NCBI GenBank assembly: GCA_002269645.1
Contig: NIVC01001803.1
Coordinates: 1-64,000 of the forward strand
DNA from: Macrostomum lignano
Taxonomy: Eukaryota
Direction of reading: 5' to 3'
DNA length: 64,000 bases
Below are positions 55,750 to 64,000 of the stretch, one piece after another (within the stretch, counting starts at the first letter, position 1; every line of letters begins with the position of its first letter). A program made the translations under genes and the position numbers. The notes beneath the pieces are model-generated. The model ran no database searches. It saw only the letters and a list, made by a program, of their open reading frames with translations, and was not told where the DNA came from.

Positions 55750-56600
55750 AGAATAAAAATGTATCTAAGGTGCACTTGAACTAGAAAACCTAAGGACAAA
55801 GAATGATTGAAATAACAACTAACAAGATTAATATTCCTGAATGGCCAATAACTTGAGTATAATAGTATTAATGCGTCATCCTGCGGCTCGTTATTGCGGC
55901 CGTCGAATTTGCCTTGCTTGGTAAGCGGCTCATCAAAAACCCGGCCTCTCCCACCTCCGGCAGGAGCGATGGAGAGCGGCGCTGAGCCCAGCGTCGCAAT
56001 TGCTGAATCCAGCAGACACGCCAGTGCCTTCCGCCCATCGGTTGCCGCTGCCAGTCCTTGCGTTGGAGCTGAAGTGGCGCAGCAGAACTCGGTCGCTGAC
56101 TTGGAGCTCGAGCGCATGCGGCTGCTGCTCCACCAACCGCTCTTGACGCTGCCGCACACTGCTCGTCAGCGATGACATCAGCAGGTACAGCCGGCTGCGC
56201 AGTCTGTGGCCGGTGAGCAGCTGGCTGGGGAGCCTCGCGCCTCGCCAGTGAACGATTGCGGCGTGCTGCGGTAGGACATCAGCACTCGCTACAGGGCTGC
56301 CGTTGAGTGCCCGCTCCTGAAAAGATGTCGGTTGTTGCCGGGTGGAACGGGAATGGGAAAATGTAGCGGATGCAGTTGCACCTCGCTGAACTGCGCGGAG
56401 ATAAACTAGGAAGACTGCGACTCATGGAAAATACATCGCAGAGTCGCTCGATGATGACAGCAGACGTTTTGCTCTGCACCTGCTGCACCTCTGGCCACAC
56501 ACTAAAGGCTTCCACGATGACCAGGTACGTGTGACCGTCACGGGGCCTGCGAAGTCAAGGTGCAGCCTCGCCCAGGGTTCGGAAGGATCCCCCAATTTCA
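55750..56600 (-). mobile_element. Decayed Ty3/gypsy integrase fragment
   Basis: PWARLHLDFAGP..HTYLVIVEAFSVWPEV..SKTSAVIIERL...PFHPAT motifs across frameshifts. Confidence 0.78.
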
Positions 56601-56811
56601 TTTTTATAAGCAGTTGAGTTAAGCAAACATGGCAGCCACTCAGTGCTGAGAGTCGGGCAGCTCCGGTATGCTAGAGTCACACATGAGTATATTTGATCAA
56701 TTCGTTACAAAGCTCACAACATAGCGATAGCAGCTGATGGTAAACAGCAAAGAGCCTGAGTACAATTTGGCATTTGAGCAGCATTACTGCTTGAGAGTAA
56801 AATAAATCATA

Positions 56812-58114
56812 CGAGGGGTATTCAATAAGTTTCCGGATGCACGAAGTGGGAATGTTATCTACACAATTTAGCATAGCAGGTATAATAATGTACATTATTT
56901 TTTATTATATTTGTGCAATATTAGACAAATTGACTCTATAAAGCCTGTGCTGCGCACACTAAAAGTTAGCATACCCCTTTAACACGGATAATACACAATG
57001 GAGCTCAACAGAGGCCATTGGAGAGCAATGGTTTATAATAACTACAAAATGGGTTTAAGGCAGCAGGAGAGCTTTGAGAAACTTTAAGCGGCTTTTGTCA
57101 ATGAAGCACCTTCCAGCACTATATTTTTTGAGTGGTTTGCCGAAGTTTCGACGTGGCCAGCGGAGTCTGGATGATGAAGAGTGCAGTGGCTGGCCCACCT
57201 CCGCAGCAAGGAATGAGAATGTTTCTGCTATTCGGGCCATTATTTAGGATGATGCCAGGGTTGACTGTGTCTCAGATAGAGGCCGAAATGGGCATCTCAT
57301 CGGGAGCCATCCGCAAGATACTGCACTCGGGCTCAACCTGAGCAAGGTTTCTGCACGTTGGGTGCCTCATCACCTGACGGAGGAGCAAAGGAGGCTCGGG
57401 TGGCTTGGTGCCATGCCATGCTTGATAGATTTGATGGTGGCCGCTTAAACTCGGTCTGGAAACTCGTCAGTGGTGACGAATCCTGGATCTGTAGTTTTGA
57501 CCCAGAGACCGAGCAGCAGTCGACCCAGTGGACACGAGTTGCAGACGCTCCATCATTGAAGCTGCAGCGAGAGAGCAGCGTGGCAAAGCAGATGGTGGCC
57601 GTTTTTGTGATGAAAGCTGGTCACCTAGCGACCGTGCCACTTGTGCAGCAGCGCACGGTCACCGGCAACTGGTATACCAACTGCTGCCTGCCAGAAGTGC
57701 TGAATTGTCTCTCTAGTTGCCGCCTCAAAGACTCGAGCTCGGGGTGTGCTTCTTCATCACGACAACGCTCCCGCCCACAAGTCCAGGCAAGTGGTCGAAT
57801 TCCTGGCTGGAGAAGGCACTGAAGAGCTCGGCCATCCATCCTACAGCCCAGACCTGACCCCGTGCGACTTCTACGTGTTTCCGCAAACCAAGAGGAAGAT
57901 GTGTGGCAGTCGCTATTTATCGCCAGAAGCTGCAGTCAAGGCCTTCATCAAGCATGTCAGGGGGTGCGAAGTTCAGAGTGGTCCGGCTGTTTCAATAATT
58001 GGTTTGAAGGGATGCAACAGTGCATAAACTCTTCTTGAGAGTGCTTTGAAAAAATATGACTGTCAGTTGCTCTATAACTATTTCAGTCTTTTCACATTCG
58101 GAAACTTATTGAAT
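56812..58114 (+). mobile_element. Mariner (DD34D) transposon, inactive, right TIR truncated
   Basis: TA then CGAGGGGTATTCAATAAGTTTCCG at left; inverted CGGAAACTTATTGAAT at 58099-58114. The broken transposase starts at ATG 56998 and has WVPHHL, GDESW, HHDNAPAH and YSPDLTPCDF, with 34 residues between the last two catalytic Asp. Confidence 0.93.
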
Positions 58115-58427
58115 TCAAAGAGTTTAAGCGCAGTCACAGCCTGTCTGCGGGAAATTCATAAAAAAGTTCTAGGATAAATAAAGTGAAAATCGAGAGAACT
58201 TGAGACAATGAAAATTTAAGTAGACTTTGCCTGAACTTTGAGCAGCTCAATAAAAGATGAAAAATCTATGCCAAAGTACAAATCACAAAGTACGAGTACA
58301 GGTACATACGATGGTGTGTAATTTTCAGCCCTACAAAAACGCTCTAGTGGAAAAAATCTGAAGAATCGAAACGCCAACTGAGGCGCCCTATGAAAAGTTC
58401 CAAAGCCGAGTATTGTAGGCAGGACTG

Positions 58428-59429
58428 TCAAAACTTTGCTCGCTTAGCTCTGTGAGTCTGACTTGGCGGGTCATTTCTAAAAATTTTTTTCGCATTTTCA
58501 GTCTGGATTCTTTCGCTTGTCAGAAACTCGTGCTCCAGCAGCTCCTGTGCTGAGTTTCTCTTCCTGCTGTCCTTGGCGGTGCAGCCGCTGTAGAAATCCG
58601 TCAGCTCTGCGGACCGGCCGCTCCTGCCAAGATGCTTAAACAACTCACGGGCGCTTCTAGCATCGACGAAAGGCTTGGTGCCCGAGACAATCTGGAAGAC
58701 CGAGCAGCCGAACGCCCAGATGTCCGACTCTCTGCTGTGCTGCACGCTGTTCGACTCTACCAACTCTCCCGCTCCGAGCAGCTCAGGCGCCATGAAGTTC
58801 AGAGAGCTTTTGGGTGTCTCTGGGAAAGATGCGTGGCGGATGACTATCTGCTCCAGCTTGATTGACAGGCCGAAGTCGATCAGCTTCATTCGCGTGTTGT
58901 CAGCACAAACAATCATGTTGGAGCAGTTGATGTCTCTGTGGATCACGGGCGGCTGCCGGCTGTGCAGGTAGAGCAGCGCGCGGCAGATCTGGGAGCGGTC
59001 GGTCAGTGAGCAGTCATCATTCTGGGAACATGGAACAGGAGCATCAAGGATGCACAATGCTCACCTGCTCGCTGAAGTCTCGAATCGTCAGCTCGTCCAG
59101 CGGCTTTTTGTCGATAAACCTCTCCAAGCTTCGGCCGTCTAGCAGCTGCATGAACACAACGACTGTGTTGGGCTCCGGCTGAGCGATGTGCAAGAACCTG
59201 ACGATGTTGGTATGCCGCAGTCGGCACAGGTTTCTCTCGATCTCGACAGCTCTGTGGATCTCTGTGCTCACAGAGGTTTGCTCTTCACCGAGCTGCACAG
59301 GCAGTCTGAGAGTCTTGGTAGCGCACGTGACGCCCGTGTCAGTTCGAACTTCGTGGACTTCGCCGAAGCCTTCGCGGCCGATAAGGCGAACGGCGTCCCA
59401 GCGCTCCAGGAACGGGGGGGCCTTCGGGT
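58428..59429 (-). pseudogene. Kinase module D, lacks ANK exons, +1 frameshift, degenerate activation segment
   Basis: Exons 59065-59429 (365 nt versus 364 in A, B1 and C; G7 at 59414-59420 versus G6 in B1 and C) and 58428-58988 (KSSLNFMAPE; short C-lobe deletion around APALPDG). It may be intact if the G run is an assembly error. Confidence 0.6.
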
Positions 59430-59507
59430 CTGAGAGAATGCGAATTGAGGCAATGAGGGATAATTTGCATGCTGTAGCTGTGTGTGCTGTAGCTGTGTGC
59501 TGTAGCT

Positions 59508-60070
59508 GCCGGCGACCAGCCTGCCGGCGACCAGCCTGTCGGCGACCAGCCTGTTGGCGACCAGCCTGCCGGCGACCAGCCTGCCGGCGACCAGCCTGTC
59601 GGCGACCAGCCTGTTGGCGACCAGCTTGTTGGCGACCAGCCTGCCGGCGACCAGCCTGTCGGCGACCAGCCTGTTGGCAACCAGCCTGCCGGCGACCAGC
59701 CTGCCGGCGACCAGCCTGCCGGCTACCAACCTGCCGGCGACCAGCCTGCCGGCGACAGCCTGCCGGCGACCAGCCTGCCGGCGACCAGCCTGCCGGCGAC
59801 CAGCCTGCCGGCGAGCAGCCTGCCGGCGACCAGCCTGTCGGCGACCAGCCTGTCGGCGACCAGCCTGTTGGCGACCAGCCTGTCGGCGACCAGCCTGCCG
59901 GCGAGCAGCCTGCCGGCGACCAGCCTGTCGGCGACCAGCCTGTTGGCGACCAGCCTGTTGGCGACCAGCCTGTTGGCGACCAGCCTGTCGGCGATCAGCC
60001 TGCCGGCGACCAGTCTGTAAACGACCAGCCTGTCGGCAACCAGTCTGTTAATGACCAGCCCGCTGGCGAG
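59508..60070. repeat. 15-bp repeat G(C/T)(C/T)GGCGACCAGCCT, about 37 copies
   Basis: Read directly; in frame with the downstream RING-like segment. Confidence 0.95.
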
Positions 60071-60238
60071 CAGCATCTATTATGTCCTGTTTGCAGGAGT
60101 TTTGCAATTCCAGCGGCTTTTAAAGTTGTGGTGCCATGTGGCCACGGCGTTGGTGCTGACACTATTTGGCGCATGCAGCAGCGCTGTCCGTTGTGCCGCG
60201 GGCGTTTGGACATGCACATGCGTATAATTGGTGGGTAG
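59508..60238 (+). other. Coding-like fragment: GDQP(A/V) pentapeptide repeats in frame with a C-terminal RING-like domain
   Basis: 15-nt repeats run into EQHLLCPVCRSFAIPAAFKVVVPCGHGVGADTIWRMQQRCPLCRGRLDMHMRIIGG*. No ATG in this frame; one repeat at about 59755 is 1 nt short. Confidence 0.6.
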
Positions 60239-60351
60239 TTTGTTGGATAGGTTTTTCTGAAGTTTATTTAAAATTTGTTGTGACCAAAAAATAAAGGTGG
60301 AATTGCACTTTAAAATTGCCGCCCACATGATTGATAGCTTTGGTAGCGCTT

Positions 60352-62393
60352 TGTGACCAGATGGCCAAGGACCCACATGGACCCCACCTGTAGCCAAGGT
60401 GCAATAGTTGGTCACTCGATCATGGTATGACCGAGTGGCTGCCACCACTCTATGTGACCTGGCGCACCTGGATCTTTCTACCAGACCTCTCGAGGCTAGA
60501 GCCCCGCCTGGGATGGTTATCAGGAGATTTAGGCTAACAGGGGAGACACATGCAGCCAAGTACAGGGACTCTGCTTGGGGCATGATCGGGAACTCTGGGC
60601 TCAATCTGGAGGATTTCTCAGCAGGGGATCCTTTGTGGCTGTGAGCGAGGCTGACTTGCGACTCTGATTACTAAGAGTAGTATGAGGCGAACATGTACTG
60701 TCTATAGTTTAGATTGCTCAGGGCGAAGGGACGAGTTAACATGGGGCTGCAACCTTCCTGCTGCCATTCTGTGCCAAGATTCGCTAATCCATCTACTGCA
60801 CGCACGCACGGCCCCGCAGCACGCACTCACAGGCGAGCTTTGCACGGGGGAGGCCATTAGCTTACCCAAACTTCCTTATGCTTTGCCACCCCGGGAGAAA
60901 GGCTTAGCAAGCCATGGGTGAAATGATGGTGAAAGAGTGAATAATGATGAGGTTAGTTAATAGTTAATTAGGCCCTTAGGCAAATAATCAGGCAATTAGG
61001 CGGCTTCACTATTAAGTAAAAATACAGCAAAAGGTACGGTATTACAACTGGCTAAGCTCTCTAATCAGACAATGAAAAAATAGGCAAACTCCGGATAAGC
61101 AAAGGCAATTAGAGCACAAATTAGTAATAGGAACTCACCGGCAGCTGCACAGAGAGAGAGAGAGAGAGGCGGAGTGACCGAGGGCGGCTGTAGGCTGCAG
61201 TCAGGCAGGCAGTGAAGCGGCGATGCGCTGAGGCGACGAGGCGCTGGTGTAGATCAGGCGAAGCTGATGATGCTGGGCGGTATCAGACCGCTGGCCAATA
61301 GGCGAGCTCACTTGGGGAGCTGAAGATAACTTGGCGGTAACAGACCGCGGACCGGCAGGGATTCGTCTCATAGACGAATGGGTCAGAACTCAGTCTGACG
61401 GTAAGCCCAAAGAGGCGAAGAGTTGAGGATTCTCATGCCGAAATCGCTTCCTTTTATAGCCTTCCCAGCCGCCGCTCCAAGGTCGTTTCCATGACTCCCT
61501 CTCTCTGATTGGCTGCCGGCAGAATGACGTCAGAATGAGTCATGATGAGAAGCATGAGACCAGCATAGCAACATGAGAAATAGAGAAATTGCGCAATCCG
61601 GAGGCGGGGTGGGGGGATAATTGGCGCAGCGGGAGGTCGCGAAAGTGTTGCGTAAGCAAACATTGAGAACAATGGGGCTGGGGTCGAGAACAAAGGAATT
61701 GGAAATCGGGGATAATTGGGGAGAATCGAGAACAATGGAAAAGTAAACATTGGAGAAAAGGTGATAATTAGGTGCGAAAACGAGAAAAGAAAGAGAAAAT
61801 CGGAGAAAATGTGATAATTGGTGGGGGTAAAGAGAACAAAAGAATCGAAAATGAGAACAATAGTTCAAGCGGAGGTGGGGTGGGGGTCGCATGAGAAATT
61901 TGGGGAGGAGAACAATGGCATGAGAGAAGGTTGCGCAAGAGAGCGGGATGATTCATCGATGAGTCATCGAGGGGAAGAAGGGGTCACACGACTTGCGTCA
62001 CCGTTTGGGAGTTTGGGAAAGGATGGGAGATCGACGAGCACACAACATACTGTAAGTAGACGTAGAGAAAGAGGGGACAGCGCAAGAAAAGAGTGCAGAG
62101 AGAGACAAAAAGAGGGGGGATAGGGAAAGTACAAGAAGAATAGGGCGGAGCGCAGGGGAGATAAGGTAGAGGGGAGGGTACAGAGAGGGACAGGGAGCTC
62201 CGGAAAGGCAGGTGTGGCGGCAGGGGAGACGGAACCAAGGCAGCAGGGGGGTGCAGCAGAGCGGGAGTCTCCAGGCCTGGTCGGAAACCTGGCCGAGTCT
62301 CGACAGCTCTGTGCAGGGGGGGGGGGTACACGGGATAGGAGGCACTTACGAAAAAGTTCCCATGCCCTATCCCGCGACCAGAGCGTGGTTACA
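60352..62393 (-). mobile_element. Candidate solo LTR (about 2.0 kb)
   Basis: Termini TGTGACCA...TGGTTACA form an 8-bp inverted repeat with 1 mismatch, with an internal minus-strand Pol II promoter. No target-site duplication (CGCTT versus TCAGA). Confidence 0.3.
61452..61532 (-). promoter_or_regulatory. Pol II core promoter-like cluster: CRE, CCAAT, TATA
   Basis: TGACGTCA 61525-61532, CCAAT 61508-61512 and TATAAAA 61452-61458 in canonical order on the minus strand; a CG|GTGAGT donor follows at 61138. Confidence 0.5.
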
Positions 62394-63504
62394 TCAGAAG
62401 ACTGAATTTTTTCGATACAAAAAAATTCGGCTTTCATTTTTGCCTTTGCGTTTTTTCTTATTGTTGTAGAGAACAACAGATCGGGAACGCGAAATCACAA
62501 ATTTCAACAATCACTCACGATTTCATTTTATCACTAGCTACCGTGATTTGTTTCTTCAAATTTCAATTTGAAACAAGTACTGTTTACAGGGTTCTACCGT
62601 GTTAAGAATTTGTAGCGAAATGAAACAGGGTTACCGGTTATCATCCGCTCAAAGAATGGATATTGACAGAATGTTTTTATCAGAGCATAAAACTGTGAAT
62701 TGGCTGTCTTATACCGATTTGAACTATACTGCTTCGTGCGTTGGGCTGCTCAATTTTAGCTTACCACTTTAGACCCTCCCCCTCCACTGAACTGATCGAT
62801 TTACACTGATCGATCGGTACAGTACTTCTTCGCAATGTACATCGTTCGTCCTAACTACATGTACTCAGTTCTATAATACAATATAAAGGACCAACGCGTC
62901 AGTTAAGAAACGCTGTTTACAACTTGCGGCTCAAGCCAATTCAATCGCTTCGTCTCAATCTTAATTCATCACAAAAACTGTAAGTGAAATTAGTAGGACT
63001 ATTAGTGCTTCACATTCTGCTGTTTGACGCTATCTTATTTCTAAAAGAAGTAAAATCACTCGAAGGGAAAACGAAAAAAAATGGAATTTTGAACATGTGA
63101 TTTATATTGGCACCCTTGTTAAGAAATCTGAGGGACGCATCTCAGCTGGTGGCATCTGCCTAAAATTGAAGTTCTTATGTATTTAGTAACAGCCTATATT
63201 TATAACTGTGAAGCAAACAAAACCTATTTATGCTTCAGAACAGAAGTTGGGGATTCTCTTGGTCTTTGTTCCTGCTTTGGTTTCTCTTGGCTTTAGAAAA
63301 AGCATAACTTCTCGAAGCCTTTGTTCGCTTCGCTGACCAGTTTTCCACAGACATACAGAAAAATACGGTCTAATTACTTATATGCTCTGTAGTCATATTT
63401 ACCCATGGATGAATCACAGACCTAGATCTCCTCTTAGCCTCTCGTATATACAGCAATATGTTTTGTTATATATTTTATACGTAAATGTATAGTAATAAAT
63501 ACTA

Positions 63505-64000
63505 CAGGGTGGGCGGAAAGTAACTCCCTATTTTAAATTACTTATAAATTGTATATAATTTGTTACTGCTTTGTCATATTTTTATGATTAATTCTCTCAA
63601 ATGGCACAATTTTATTGATAGTTTCGTTTTTGATTTCAGATAAAACTGTAACATGGCTCAGCAGTTAACACTTCAGGAGCGTGCCCAGTTGGCGTCACGA
63701 TTTGAAGGGGTGGTCCACATGAATGGCCATCCAGGAGCCCGGATTTGACGCCCTGCGACTTTTTTCTTTGGAGTTGGGTAAAGGAAGAAGTCTACCGGTC
63801 CAAACCAACGACACTCGAAGAACTGGAGGATCAAATAAAGGGAGTCATGTCCACCATCCCAGCGGAGTTTCTGAGAAAGTCAGTGGATACCATTCCTGAA
63901 CGTTTGCAGCAGCTGGTGGAAAGATCTGGGGCACATATTGAATTTTAGAGATAACTTACCATTTATGCCTACCTTTTATGATTAATTTTTTGAGAAGAAA
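63505..64000 (+). mobile_element. Internally deleted Tc1/mariner-superfamily element (runs off the window)
   Basis: Starts TA|CAGGGTG; N-terminal MAQQLTLQERAQLASRFE joined directly to C-terminal GPHEWPSRSPDLTPCDFFLWSWVKEEVY...GAHIEF. Confidence 0.82.

Overview
Eukaryotic, intron-rich invertebrate genomic DNA. The style resembles a free-living flatworm such as Macrostomum, which is an inference only. The left ~18 kb holds one 9-exon minus-strand class C GPCR (about 1042 aa) of the mGluR-like XR/mangetout type, which lacks the two basic residues that bind the distal carboxyl of glutamate. From ~22.6 to 59.5 kb lies a head-to-tail minus-strand array of five paralogous Ser/Thr kinase modules. Three of them splice, with matching intron phases, to upstream ankyrin-repeat exons and give ANK-kinase proteins; all five carry an atypical HRDINCSN catalytic loop. 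Between the genes are Ty3/gypsy remnants, a CRE-like non-LTR 3' fragment, a decayed DD34D mariner, a deleted Tc1/mariner-type element, two related tRNA-derived SINEs, a captured pentapeptide-repeat plus RING-like fragment, and many unrelated mini- and microsatellites. Several single-base frameshifts sit in short G/C runs, so assembly indel error is a live alternative to pseudogenisation throughout.
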